From Amoebophrya sp. A120 (Eukaryota; Protista; Dinoflagellata), in assembly GCA_905178155.1 (NCBI GenBank), contig CAJINV010000003.1, forward strand, positions 11,167,737 through 11,231,736: DNA of 64,000 nucleotides, read 5' to 3'. Within the stretch, counting starts at the first letter, position 1. Every line of letters begins with the position of its first letter. Below the pieces are notes generated by a model, which was not told the origin of the DNA, made no database searches, and worked only from the letters and a program-made list of their open reading frames with translations. A program made the position numbers and the translations under genes. Positions 13,095-26,688 of the stretch are shown piece by piece.

Positions 13095-14435
13095 GCTGCA
13101 AGAAGGACAAGGACCAATCTACGGGAGAGCGATTGCAATCAGTACTATGAAATTGTCTGGAATGCTTTGCGTCGTGTCGGACGTACTACAATGAACCCGC
13201 CGAAGAACGTCTTTGATATTCCAGTAGATGTAGAAGAAAGTGATAGATTTTGGTAAGTAGTAATGCTGGTGCACTTTTATTTCAAGTGCAAGCACTTGCT
13301 GGTACTAGTACGAAATGATTTTGCAATTGAAGATGAAGCTGTACAGTTAACATTTGAACAAGCACACCGAGGACGCGGATGGCGTTTCCGAATTCTTGAA
13401 TTTTGCATAGAGAGAGAACCTGGAAAAAATGAAAAAAATGTCTTCGCGACACGGAGCGACAGAATGAAACATGGGGCATCAACCCAGACCCGTTAGGCCT
13501 TTGCATAATTTTCTTCGTGAAAGATTAAGGACGCAATAGTTAAAACAGCGCCAGAGGCAAGAACCATTGAGATAAAAATAAACGATATGGTGCAAGAACA
13601 CAATATCAATATTTGAGTGCAACGAAAAGGAAAACTGTACGTACTTGGATAGATGCTGTCCAAAGAAATAGAAAAAGCTGATAGATGATGCATGATTCTG
13701 GTATAAATCGACGCGACACCGCCTCCGATTTGAAAAAGCTAGAACCGTCCGAGGAAACTGTCTGCAAAATAAAACCCCGATGTACAACTTTTGCAAAACG
13801 CATAGATACGAGGTAAAGAACTCAAACCGAACAATAGCCACGTGCAACGGCAACTCTTCACAGATACTGCTTTATTACGATTCCAAGAATGTTTGATGAA
13901 GGACAGTAAATGTATAAAGACCGAAGACGAACTATGATATATTAATTATACAAAAGTAACGGCAGGTCTTCGTGAGCCCCTGACGTGGTCCTTGGGAAAA
14001 AATAGAAATGTTGTTCTAGCAACTCGGTTGAAGAATTTGCAACATTTCCATCCATCAGGCTTGCTTCGAAGAGACAGCCAAGATGGCACAGGAATGGGGC
14101 AAACCAATATCGAAATCATTTTTTCTTATTTTCACGGAATGGAGAGATAGAGAAATTCAAGGGTTACACAGAGTGCGAGTGGCAAAGCGGTTCTTTTTTC
14201 GTAGGTTTTCTCAAACAAAGCGCTGTCGTTCTGTCGAGTGTTTCGCAAAAACTGACAAGAAGCAGCAAAGTGGAAGAAAGACTTACATCATGACTCCGAT
14301 TAAATATCGTATCACCTGTGAAATCATGTCGTACCAGATGAGAATTTCCATTTGTTTTTTCATCGTGAGCCTGATTGTATATGATTAAGGTATACAAACA
14401 GAGGAGGAACAGTCAGTCTACACGAACCCGCACCA

Positions 14436-17400
14436 GTGGAAGAAGGAGCGACATTCTTTACTATACAGCTTTTGGAGGAACATCACGAGAAAAATACCCA
14501 CTTCTGCGAGTGCGGATGTCTTAAACCTACATCAACAACAGCACCGCTCTTCTTTCTATCAGAAGCAAAGATGAAAGGAGCACCGAGACAAAGGCAAAAG
14601 GAGAGGACGCTCTCGACGCGCGCGGAGAAGAGCGCCAACCCCAATCGGCAGATAAGTTCTCTTATCCTGTGCAAAAGTAGAAGTTGTTGAGTATCTTATG
14701 GGCGTATTGGACGAATGCATGCAATACCTGCTCCAATGTCTCATTCATCATTCCCTATGCCCAGGTGATGTCGAACTTGATCTTGTACTAGATTTTGCTT
14801 TTGTATGACAATGACAAATTTTTACTTTGCAACCCCACCCCGAAAATGAAAATTGTGATGCGATTTCTATGTGCTGGGATACTTTTTACTTTTGCAATGC
14901 ATACCTCTGCTACATGTACCCACCGGTCGCCCTGCGAACTTCGTCGACAGTTTGCGATCACCTTACGAAAAGTTCATCCGGCAGGCCTTCCAGCAGGCCG
15001 AGGTCTTTGCCTCCCACTGGCAGGGCCTCTTCCCGTCCCCCGGCACACTGGACATTACCCCCGCGAGCGAGAAAGCCCGGGCCTTGGCAAGAAAGAAGAA
15101 AAACAAGAAAAATGATGACGCGCGAAAGCAGCCCACCGCGCACGTGCAGCGCGAGAAGCAGTTGGCGCTGTGGCTGCAGCAAGTGGTCGTTCAGGCAAAA
15201 AAGCCCGGGACGAACGATCCCGATGCCTCCCGGGAAGTGGCAGAGGAAGACGAGAATGTGTCGAAGGACCAAATCATCCTCTTGGTGGACCTGTTTCTCT
15301 TCCTCTGGCGCATCTGGCTTCTTGATCTACGTATCGGCTTGCAGTGGCTCGAGCTTCAGCTAGGACCGTGCATCGTGCGGGAGCTCCTCCGCGTGGAGCC
15401 ACCCGGGCGCGGCTTTGTCTTCTTTCCGGGGGAGCTTTTTCTATCCGCAACAACGTCGTCCTCCACCTGCCCGATAGGAGGTCCGGATGACCACGCCGAC
15501 GAAGCGCAGACGAGAACAAATCCCGCGCGGAGGCATCAAAGAAAGGGCACTAAAACGACCCTTCCTGCACTTTTTCAACAACCGCCAGACGAGGAAGATA
15601 CAGGCGCCTGCAGCTCCACTGTCGTCCGCAGCTCCTGTCTTCAGGCTTCTTGTCGTGCCGCTTCTCAACAGCCACTCGCAGACCAAGAGTTCTGTGCACC
15701 ACCAGCATCGGTTGTGCTTTCAGCCGGTTGCGCCTCTAGAACCAAGGACACCTCCGACCACAAGAGTGAGGAGGGCCGCGATTCTGAAGATGCTGCCGAA
15801 GATGATGTTGTTCTTGCGGGTAAAAACAAGACGAACATGTCTATCTGCGTGGATCGCGACCTCGTCCTCAACCACAACGACCCACTTGGGAAGTATGCAG
15901 AGCGCACCACCCGCCCGATGTGTTTTCTCACGCTCGATGACATTGCAGTTCCTGTTGCAGCGACGATCCGGAAGTTCTTTGCCAAGTTGGACGCGCTCGA
16001 TGTCGCGGCAAACAGTGCAATGGTGATCGAGGACAAAACTGGTGGCGACGCAGCCTCGTCATCTTCCTGCTCCGCGACCTCTGCTTTCGGCACGAATTCG
16101 ACCGACCGGGGAACTACAGAGCCCACGTCTAGTAGTCTGTCTAACGCAAATAATCGCGTCAACGCCCGACCTTTTTGTAGTACCGAGCAACTACACCAGC
16201 CGACTTTTCTGAAAGAGGTCACCGAGCGATTCTCCCCTACGTTTATGGCGTGGCTGCGAGATGCTGGTTTGAAGCTGGCGTTGTGGTTTGCGAGAGTGGC
16301 TGCACCTGCCGGCGCAAAAGACAATACTACTCATCTGCAACACCGCGGCAACATCGCCTCGGACAGCACGAACTTGTTGGCATCGGGTGCTCACAACTTT
16401 GTTGAGCACGCAAACTGCCGGATGAAAGAGCTTGATACCCTGGTGGGCGAGATCGTGGCGCAGGTGTTTATCGACAAGCACGGCAGAGAGCGGAAAGAAA
16501 CCTTCGGTCCCTCCATGGCGTTATTGACCGCGCGCGATCTGCGGCTCATCCACTTGGAGTGTGTGGCGCTGCGGGTTTTGCAACTTGCGCCAAAGTCGAT
16601 TTCTCGTTCCTCGGACAGTGCGATCACAGCAGCCGAAGCTGCAGCGGTGGCAAAGCCTATCGATGTCAATGACGTGACCAGTACCAACGCAGGTTCAAAA
16701 AGCTGCTTCAACTTTGCAAGTAACAGTACCTCAGATGAACTTTTCGCACAGATGGAAGACCTGAACGAAGAGACCCATGAAGCTCTTGCCCTGGATTCCT
16801 GTGGTGAAGACGATGAGCGCGAAGATGAGGCCCACCTAATTATCCCAGGAAATGAAGTGCCTCACTGTGATGTATGAAGGACAAATAGTCGTGCCGTAGA
16901 GTTTCAAATTGTATGACTGACAAGCAGAATGTAGAATTTCGATATCGATCCTCCTACCTATACCCACGACAAAAAAAAACCTGCTATCCCATACGAGATG
17001 AAAACGACACGGCTGGAAGGAGTGTGCCTCCTTCGTTGTGTGTCTTTGCAGCACCAATACTTCTGCTGCGTTGATGCATCCCTTCCTGGCTGCAAAAAAA
17101 TTAAGAAGTACTACTGCAGTCGCGAAGCACAACGAGCAAGCTTTATTCTGGGATAAACATTACGATTACCGCCGCCGACTCAGTACCTTCAACGCCGATC
17201 CGACCCGCAAAGCGTCAGAAAACGAAGTTAGCAGCTTGCATCGGCGATGAAAATTTCAATGTAAGAGTTGGTGGTCGCCGCAGTTTGTCTCTCGAGAGAA
17301 AACAGCACTCCACTGAAGAAAGAAACCGCGGTGGTATGCGCAGTGGAAACAAGACCACTGATCGTGATCGCCACCTGAAAGTCGCGAGACAAGCGTGTTA

Positions 17401-17805
17401 TCGCTTGCTGTTCGACTACTTTCTATGCTTTGTAGAAGTGTCATCATCGCGCTCTAAGCAGTTAGTACTTGCCATCGTCATGATGCGTGTGACACATGTT
17501 ATCGCCCGCGCCTGCCTTTGTCACCTCGAAAAATCCGTCATCCGCTATCGTGATGCAATCTGTTGAAGTGTACTAAATGGATACCAGCTGCATGCCGATA
17601 CTTTTACAACGCATACCTTGACACAGACACTGACTGTGTGTATGAGAACTTGACGACCGGTGAGCAAGCGTACCTGGTTGACGGAACATCAAGCGGAACT
17701 GCATGCATCATGGGCGACGAGGACAACACGAGCCGAAATGGAGACTGCACAGATGCCTATACCAGTGCGGAAGGTATAGGTCAATCTCAAACAATGTTTG
17801 TCTAG
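14436..17805 (+). CDS. Uncharacterised protein (start uncertain), multi-exon
   Basis: ORFs 14436, 14871, 17285 frame and 17563 join in frame via introner 14663-14903, a putative GT-AG intron 16872-17119 and introner 17424-17615. No recognisable domain. Confidence 0.6.
14663..14903. mobile_element. Introner, TATGCATTGCAAAAG family
   Basis: TATCCTGTGCAAAAGTAG ... TTACTTTTGCAATGCATA; DR tctct/cctct; in frame. Confidence 0.82.
17424..17615. mobile_element. Introner, TATGCATTGCAAAAG family
   Basis: TATGCTTTGTAGAAGTGTC ... GATACTTTTACAACGCATA; DR ctttc/ccttg; in frame. Confidence 0.75.
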
Positions 17806-18236
17806 TGATTACGGTTCACGTACGAGGCTGCAAGTTCAAGAAGTTCTAGTTCAAGATGTTGCACTACTACTAGTACTAGATGCTTTATTCGTGTAGGTTA
17901 CTGCGTCTCATCCTCACATCGATGGGTGCTGATAGAAGTAGAACTAATCCAGATGAAAAACAAACACTAGATCTAGAACAAATCACTCTTCGTTCATCAC
18001 CATCAGGTTCCAGAGGGCATGTTTGCTCGAGAATCAGCTGCGAAGAGCTACCGCATCAGGACCAGGACAAGCACCTGATATCGCACAGAAAACTTGTATC
18101 AGTGGTGTATCACCTCCAGTCTCAACTTGTATTCAGGTACTTGGATTATTTTTCTTTTGTCGCGCTCGACATAAAAGCATAAGTTACGCATATTCTTGGT
18201 AGCTTCTGACGCTGGTCCGTCATTCCATGTTGAGGA

Positions 18237-21200
18237 GTGTTGTGGTGCTGCATCTGCAACACGTTGAGACTGCTGGCACAGCTATTTTTTTCCTCGTCGA
18301 TATCTACACACAAGCCTGCAATGGCTGGCCCGAGACGACTCGATGAAGAATATCGTAAGGAAAAATCTTCCCGCTACCCCATACTCAAAAGCAAAACTCA
18401 AACTCTCGTGCTGCTGATTCATGGCCACAAAAAATTTTCCTGCCTTTCAGCAAGATTTTTCTTTAGGCATACCTACGGACCCATGAGGAGCGTGGGCGTC
18501 GCGTTGAAGCATTGCAGACAGCACCGATCATCTACCCAAAATCGCGCGAGAAGCGCAGATAGTTTCGCATAGCATGCCTCGCATAGATGCCATTCCCTTG
18601 TTCTGTTTATGCAAGGAAGACGCAACGCAAGCCCAGCACCGCATGATGTGGGTGCAAATGCAAATGCAAATCCGGCGACATCAGCATCGCGGCAAACCTC
18701 GTCCGCACGAGGACACTACCCAGTGCCGCTTTAGCTTTGCTGTAGGGAAATGCAGACACTCTAATGTAGTAGCTTGTCGCTGGCAGGAAGCCTGGCGTCG
18801 TCTTTGTTGCGAATTTGCAGCAGGCAGAGAGGATGGGGGCCTCAAAGCGAGATTCTCGGGGTAGTATTCTCTCTCTTGAAAAAACAACTGCGAACGCTGG
18901 CCAATTTTCAAAAATTGACAAAAAACGTGTCTGTGGTTTCTTCGTGCAGGACACGCGAGCACCTATACCGTCAAATCCTGCGGAGTATTTCCGGGTCTCA
19001 GGATCAGTAAGGTCGCGCTTGCGGGGCTAGCTTCTAAGCCTAATGTTGTCTAGAAGTAATTTACGCAATGTTTCTGCGAGGGAGCCGTCGTGTCACGCGA
19101 CTCACTGGGGAGAATCTTCGCCAAACGCGCGACAGTTCTTGCTGGCGCGGTTTTTTAGCAACTGCATATGCTTCCCAAAATTGAATTTTAGCAGCAGCAC
19201 ACAGATCATCCGTCCCTTATTTGAGTAGGGGGAGCAGGGGGTAGCGGGTAGTTTTCCTGACAATAGAAAAGTTTGGATCTTCGGGCGCGTTTCGGAAAGC
19301 GCTCGTGCGTGACTTGTTCCTGCGCATAAATGGCGTTTACAACAAGACCACTAATCTCTCTAAATATCCTCTGCAAAAGTGTCTACTTTGTATTCGTAAC
19401 AAGTCCGATATTGGATAAGGATAACGCATGGCTTCTTTGAATCTGCACCACATCAAAGTCGCTATTTTCTACTGACCACGTTGTCATCGTCATGAATGTG
19501 AATTCGCATTTTTATCCATCTACCGCGGAAAAACCTACATAGACATTCGGACAATTCATGTGGTTGCTTTTGCAATGCATATGTGCGCCGAACGAGCGCC
19601 CAGTGCTGTGTCACGACGGCGTGGAGTAAGGATTGCGAACACGACAAAAGCACCTCTAGTCGCAACGGATGTTCTTGGAGGACAAGGTACTACAGATGGC
19701 GACGACTGCGATGCCGATCCCGATGTTGCTGCCAGTGTGGTTCTGACTAGCCTACTCTCCGTCTTGCTGCAAAAATCGACAACTCAAACCGAGGAGGTCG
19801 TATTCACGGGACCAGCAAAATTCGACGAGGCTTTACGGCAGGAGCAGAATGAAACAAAAGCGTTGGGCAAAGCAAGCGCAACTTTGATCACCACACCAGA
19901 ACGACAACGATTACGATGCCACGCCCTGGAATTAAAGCGAATACCTAAAGAAAAAATCACCATGATCGCCCTCGCGCTCTCAGTTTGTGTGTTTTCGATA
20001 GAGTTTGTATATCCAGATACGAATATTAGTCTACCACTGACACACTGAGCGCCTACTTGAGGAGCGTGGGATTTTTTATCCAGGATATTGACCACCGACG
20101 CCGGTTCATTCGACTCCGCCAAAGATGAAGCAGCTGGTCTCTTTGTTTCGGGCGAGCAACTACGGCGGTTCGAAAAAGCGGCCGTCGCCGTTGTCGTGCG
20201 AGTCGCGGTCAGGAATCGACGCGACGGCTGAGACTTCTGTGCCCGAGGACTCGTCATGCCCTCCCGTCCTGCCAAGCTGGATGAGCAATTTGTTCTCTAC
20301 GCCTGAGAGTGTTCGGAGTGACGCTACTGGTGTCAGCACCCCGCCCCGATCCCGAATGAATGCAGGTACGAAAACTCCTGCTGAGCAGAGGCCACGAAAG
20401 AAGGTCACGAGGAAGGAAATCCGTGTAGAAGACGCACGGGTGTTGCGCATCGCTGGCACGGTATGGCGCTTTCTCGAAGGGCTGTTGGTGACGGAAGCCT
20501 CTCAGTTCTTCCTTGCGAAGACGAGCAACAAAGCTGCTGCACCCGGACAGTACAAAGCATCGGCGCCAGCCGCGGGAGCAGCGCCCATTGGATACGCGTT
20601 CTCCGGAAGTCGAAAGAGAAAAAAGGAACAATTACTGCATGGAGGTAAAAAATCATCCGCGAAGAACAAAAAACGAGACCAAGAAAAGCTTCTTTGCTCG
20701 GATCTTCATCTTGATGCGAGGAACAAAAAGTCCCAGCTCCCTGCAAAGTTTGTCGAGAATCTGCTGTGGTCGAGGGACGCGGCTTTGCGTCTGCTCGTCT
20801 CTGGTCTTTGGAAAAAAAGTGCCGGCGCGTTGCGAAAACAGGCACTGGAGGCCCTGCGGTTGTTTTCTCCTGCACGACACAAGGAGAGCGGTCGTCTTGC
20901 GGCGGCGCAGCCGGAGCTGAACCTAAACCGCCGGAAGCCCACGAACCTGCTCAAGTCCATCGTTCTGTCTGCGATGGCGGACCGCAAAAGTGCCGGTGTG
21001 CGAGGAACCGCGATCCAGGCAGCCGTGGGACTCGGAATCGACAGCGAAGCCGTCTTTCAGAAGCAACTGCATCGAAGCCTGCGGGATCCGAATCCAAAAG
21101 TGAAGCTTATCGCCGCACACATTCTGGCGAAGGTCTATTTCCCAATAGTAGCCGAGAGCAGGAGCGCAGGGGGAGCGACGGTGGATCAACACGATCTGCG

Positions 21201-24200
21201 TGGGAGCTCACTGCATAAGACGACGTCCAAGAACTACGATTCGTCCACCAAGTCCGCGTGCGCGTCTGCTGGTTTGGGCAATGCCTTCGCATTTCTGTGT
21301 GAGATTGCGCGCAACTTTTTGCGCAACGGGGCGACCAGTGATGCGGCACTGGAAATCTTGGCGCAGGCAATCTTTTCCACTAGCTCGTCAGCGTCCAATG
21401 CAGGACCTCCAGCGTCGAACCTGTTATGTCAAGGACCACGGAAACAAGAGGAGCTGATGAAGGTTGGCGGATCCGAACTGTTCGTGTTCTTCGCACTGCT
21501 GACCGACATGGCCTCGCGCAGCCTGGACTACCAGCCGTGGACGGTCGGTCTGTTGATGCAGCGTCTGTCCGAGAAACTCCGTTCCCCAAACCTCGTGGAC
21601 GTCTGCGTGCGCCGCTTCCTCCAATATCTGGAATTGCACAACGGTTTTCCGGACTACGCCGTCACAGATGCGCACGGCTACAGTATCGTGACGGTGTTCC
21701 GTGGCGTCAATGCTCTGTTAGAACACGGCGGCGCGAGCGTCTGTGCGGGACGTACGCTGCAGTTCTTGCTCCATGTTTGCATGCGCCTGCGCTTGCACTT
21801 GGTGGACGACCGAGTTATCGGTCGATACTTGGCAGTCAAAGTGGTGAAGAACTTAAAAAACCCGCAGCAGGATCATGTTGGGCGAGACCATGGAGGGCAT
21901 ATTGTCGTCGCAAATAGTACAACGATGGCGACCACTGTGGACAACAAGGAGAGGCGCGATGTCCTTTCGTGGAACCTGTTCGACCTACTACACCCGTCAG
22001 AGGTTTGCAGCTCTCGGGCCGAAAACTTTTACGGTTGCGCGAAAGGAGACCTTGGCCAAGAAGAGCAAGGGGACGAGGAAGGGGCAAATAGAAAATCTTC
22101 GTGCAGCACGACCGTGGGCGATGCGCTCACAAAGGCGTTCGGCGATGCCGAAAGCGCTCTGTTCGCTCTGGAAGACGCTGAGCTCTTGGCACGGCTTGTC
22201 TTTTCCATATTGTCTTGCTGTGTCGCAGGTAAAAACTTTCCCGCCGCGAAGGAGGAACAGGTATTGCTAACCGCCGTGGCGCCGCTCTGTCGTTTCTTCG
22301 TTGAGAGGGGGCAGAGCATCGACGTGGTTGCGGGGGCGGGGCAATTGTTGCACAGCTGTTTGACAAGGGTGAAGCACTTGAAGTCGAACTTCTCGGGAGG
22401 TCAGCGTCTCGACCTGTCTGCCATCACGACAGGCAGCGCGAATGTTTCGGCTTCTGTACAACCGACCGGAGAACTGATTCCGACCGGTGGAAATTGGACG
22501 AAGATGGAAGGCAGTGCAACTTGTGAAGATCCAGCATGTGTTGACTCTAACGGTGTGCGCCCGGAGGGGGAAGCGCAAGAACCGCATCAAGCAGCAAGCG
22601 CTCGCCTACTGGTGCCGTGCCCCTATGTGGCGGCTGAATCATCCCTGATCTTGCGAAGAATGGTCGTGGAAGATTCGTGCTTTGCGTGCTTTGGCTTTTC
22701 GGGAGTACAGGACAGCATCGGCGCGGACAACAGCAGCAGGGCCGGACCGGCGAGTGAACATTTGCACCCATTCTTGTCGGACCTGATGTTTCCTGCTGGT
22801 TCTCCTGGTATTGACACAGACACGCATGAGAAGCAGAGCTCGAGCTCTTCCGGCGGCAGCGGCGAGACGACTGCGCTATGTGCTGTTGCTGAACCAGGAA
22901 GATTTCGTCCCGATGAAACTGAGCCGAAAACTCCGGTTGCTGCTACACCCTTCGGGACTAGCACGTCACAGATGCGTCTAGTGAAGAGTAGTTCTCGCTT
23001 CGAGACCGACCTTGTTCTATTCCCCACGAAAGTCATCAGCTGCGTGAACAACGACAAACGCGTTCTCCCCGAGGAGCCGAAGTATGTCCAGTTGACCCCG
23101 GAGCAGAAGATGGTGCAAGACTTTTGCGCGGATGTCGTGGACCTCTCGGACATGCCAGAATGCCAAGAGTTGCTGAAGCATTTTTTAACTCCGCCCCGAC
23201 GGAAGCTGCGTTTTAGCTATTCGGCCGAGGAAGAAGTTGTACAGAAGCAACGCGGTTCAACATCCATTGCGAGTGCGGATCACGGCGAAAGCGTTCTTCA
23301 GAGCTCCGCGACCACGCGTCGAAAAGTGAGCTGTGTTGTAGCTACTTCCTCTGACGACCCGGGCTCGTGTAGGCTCTCCTGCGAGGGCAAGGGGAGGCCT
23401 CCAGCAGAACAAGACACAAAATTGCAAGTTTCCAAGTCCATCTGCACGGAGCAGACACTGACAATGATCCGGAAAACTACGACCAGAGAGTTTTTGGAGC
23501 AGGAGCAAGAAGGTGGAACGATCGTTCCAGCTGGGGAGAAGGGGCAGGGCCAAATACCGGTTGCAGCCGACCCCGCTCGGGCGTTCTGGGACTACGTGGA
23601 ATATGTGTTATCCCGCGTCGAAAGGGTCGCGAATCTCGTCTCCGGACAGGGAGTATGCGAACCCGACGATGTCTGCTCGGAAGAAGCGCAGCTGGCGACT
23701 CGAGCTCTGCAGTATCTGGCGTCGTCCCTGCAGCCTGAGCAGCTGTATTGCACCAGTGACCTTCACAACTCCGGAGAAGAATGTGGTGGCGCGGGCTCCT
23801 TCGTCAGCAGAAACCGGGACCTTTCTGTGGTGGTGGATGAGGAGCCGCTGCCGCCGGACGAAAGTGCCTGCGAGCTGCACGACGAGGACTGGCGAGAGAG
23901 CGACCACGATGCAGAAGAACAAACAAAAGGACTGGCGATAAAATCAGAGTTTGTTCACCTCAGACCGAATAAAGTCCCGATTGCGACCGAAGTGGTAAAC
24001 AAGGCGCACAGCAAGTCGCTCGACGCACTTCTGGCGAGCAAGAACTACCAAATCATGCGAACGAATTCCGTGGAGAAATCGAGCCAAGATCAGCAGAAAT
24101 GCTCAAACGGCTGCTCGAGCAGCAGGTCATCTTTTGGGAGCGGTGCTCCTCTACTTCCTGTCACCACTGATACATCAACGGACTCGAAAACCAGACACTT

Positions 24201-26688
24201 TGCTGCAACTTTTCTTCGTGCGGTAACATTTCTTACCACAGTGCTCTCGCAGGATGAGAATGATGCCAGCACAGAACAGGATCGATTAGGTGCAGGCCGA
24301 GGAGAAGGTGTCGACCGAACGGCAGCTCCTGTTCTTTCAGCAAATTTTCACACAAATGGATTGATCAAGCGATACGTCAAAGCGCTCCTGGGCATCAGAG
24401 TCCCTCCATCTGGAGCAGCAGGTGCTGGTCCCACCACCAGTGAAAATGTTGTACTGGATGCAAGCAGCGAGACCAACAACGTCGATAAGAGCCAGACCAT
24501 CCGGTTTTTGGTGCTCCAACAACTTGGGAAGCTTTTGCAGCGCCCGGACGCACTCGCCGCTCTGAAACGAGGACCACCTTCGGATGGAGCTATCAAGCCT
24601 GTCCGGAAAATGAATCAGCAGACTCCGACGGATTTCGGGCTGAAAAGCGACGTCTTGACATTCCTGCAAGAAGAAATTCTGGACCCGCTTCACGTTCACC
24701 AGGAGCACCAGACTCGTTCGGACACGCCTCCGCATGTCGTCCTTCAGGAGTCACTGGTGAACCACTTTTTCCTCTCCATTACCCAAGCACTCGCAGCCTA
24801 TCTGCAGCGTTTCAACAATATCGGTCGTGACCTCACGACGGGCCCCGCTCAGCAAACGGGTGTAGGAACAGGAGCAGCTGTTGGGAGCGACGTCGCGACA
24901 AGAATTATCTCCTCTGCTACTGCAGCTTCGACTATCTCTACTACGGGTTCTTCCGAAGTCGTGGACGACATGGCCGCTGCAGCTGCTCCCCCGCCCCCTG
25001 CGTTGTCGTCGACCAGCAAGAAGAACCTGCTTAATTACCACTTTGTGGCGGAACTCTGTGGGCTGTACGTCGAACACAGCGACTCACTAGTCTGTAGCTT
25101 CGACAAGTTCCGGATTTACCAGCTGTTTCAGCAAGTATTCGGGGTTCTCAATCCGGCCCAGATTGCCGACGAGCTGCTTTTTTTCTATTGCGTCGAGAAA
25201 GCGACCCTTGGAGAAGACGGCTTGTTGGAGGAGGTCACCAACACCAGGATCGAGCAAGATCAAGACGGCTTGCTGCACAAGCTCAGCAGGGTCGAGCAAA
25301 GTGAAGCGGCGACGTCCTCGGCTAACGATGGTGCTGAGGATGATGGCGCCGGAGAAACATCAGAAATGGAAATGATGCCAGAGGAACACGGTTTTCAACA
25401 ACATTCTGATCTGGGCGAGCAATGGGAACTACAGGGTGAAATTATCGTCACGAGTATCCACAAGTCGCGACATCTGAGCGCTTTACGTGATTACCTTCGC
25501 GCATTCGTTCTCCCGGACAAAAAGAAACTGACGCACCAGATCCGATCGCTTTTGCGAGACATGAGCACCCTGGTAATCTCCCCCGCACACGTCGCGACCT
25601 TGGCCCGAGTGCTGCTACAGCTTTTGCCCGACGGCGAAAACAAGAACGCAGCTTCTGCGGCGCTGCTGAAGGTGTACGCCGAGGAACTTACGGCTGCGCC
25701 AGCGCTCGACAGAGGCTACAGCGAGCCCGACGGTGCGGTGGAGCAGGACAGCATCCGGACCGAACTGAAATTTCGTGTACGCGAACAGGGGCTGCAACCA
25801 GACGAGGAGGATCAAGAGGACATCGAGATTTGCTACTACTGGAACAATAAAAAAAGGCGACTTCTTGCTTCGAAGCAGCAGCTCGACGATGCGAGATTCG
25901 ACAAGAAAAACAGAAATCCCTGCACTTCTTGCCTCCCGGGCAGGATCAAGTTTGATCCCTTGCGTTACGTCGAGTTTCTGCTGCTGTTAGCGAGGTCAAC
26001 TATGATGAACACGACCGGGGAGCAGGTATTAACTTCCGTCGTCGAGCCGCACATCGCGGAGCTGTTGATTTCCTTTGCCGATCGGCATGTGGAGGATATC
26101 CACGACACAGTGGAAAACTGGTGCTCCTCGTCCCCCGAAATAAAATCCTCTCAATTTTTGCATTCGCGTGCAGGACCACAGGCGGGCAAGGTTGCAACCA
26201 ACAAGAACGCGGAGCTGCGCACGCGTTTGCTGTTTGCCCGGTTCATTGGCGCAGACACCTTGGGTTTTCTTGGACGGGGGTTGACTTCGCAAACGCAGAT
26301 GTCTCCACGGGACATCTGCACGCTAGCAAAAAGTGCGAAGTTCTCACAACTGGCGGAGTTTCTGTCGGACTGGATCGACCGGCGGGAATTCGAATTCAAG
26401 CCAAATTGGGTTCCCCCGTCATCGAATGCCGCACCAGCCAAGGGAGGACGACGAGCAACGGGCTCCGGCACGGCTGGGACCTCGGGCAGCCTACCGGGAG
26501 GATTGGTCGTGACCCAGAAGCAGAACAAACGCGGTCGCCCCCCAGGACGAGGTCCCCTCAACTCGAGGACGGTGAGGAAACAGACGAGTTGGAAGAAGGT
26601 GGGGACAGCAAGCCGAAATATCTTCGACAAAAACAAAACTTTTCCCCACCGTGGTGGTCGAGGGAAGGCGGTGTTGACGGAGGCGTAG
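18237..26688 (+). CDS. Large HEAT-repeat protein, possibly a highly divergent cohesin loader Scc2/NIPBL; C-terminal AT-hook-like GRP motif; 5' exon structure uncertain
   Basis: Uninterrupted 2187-aa ORF 20125-26688 with three consecutive HEAT-like motifs (ALRKQALEAL; ADRKSAGVRGTAIQ; RSLRDPNPKVKLIAAHILAKV) spaced like the NIPBL HEAT core, and KRGRPPGRG. Upstream exons inferred via introners at 18351, 19365, 19942. The CDS is solid; the family call is tentative. Confidence 0.5.
18351..18471. mobile_element. Old introner, direct repeat lost
   Basis: TATCGTAAGGAAAAATCTT ... AAGATTTTTCTTTAGGCATA; element+5 = 126 nt (frame-neutral). Confidence 0.55.
19365..19581. mobile_element. Old introner, TATGCATTGCAAAAG family
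   Basis: TATCCTCTGCAAAAG ... CTTTTGCAATGCATA; DR not retained; removal of element+5 joins ALVRDLFLRINGVY... to ORF 19560 in frame. Confidence 0.65.
19942..20087. mobile_element. Old introner
   Basis: TACCTAAAGAAAAAATC ... GATTTTTTATCCAGGATA; flanks gcgaa/ttgac; joins ORF 19560 to the ORF 20125 frame. Confidence 0.6.
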
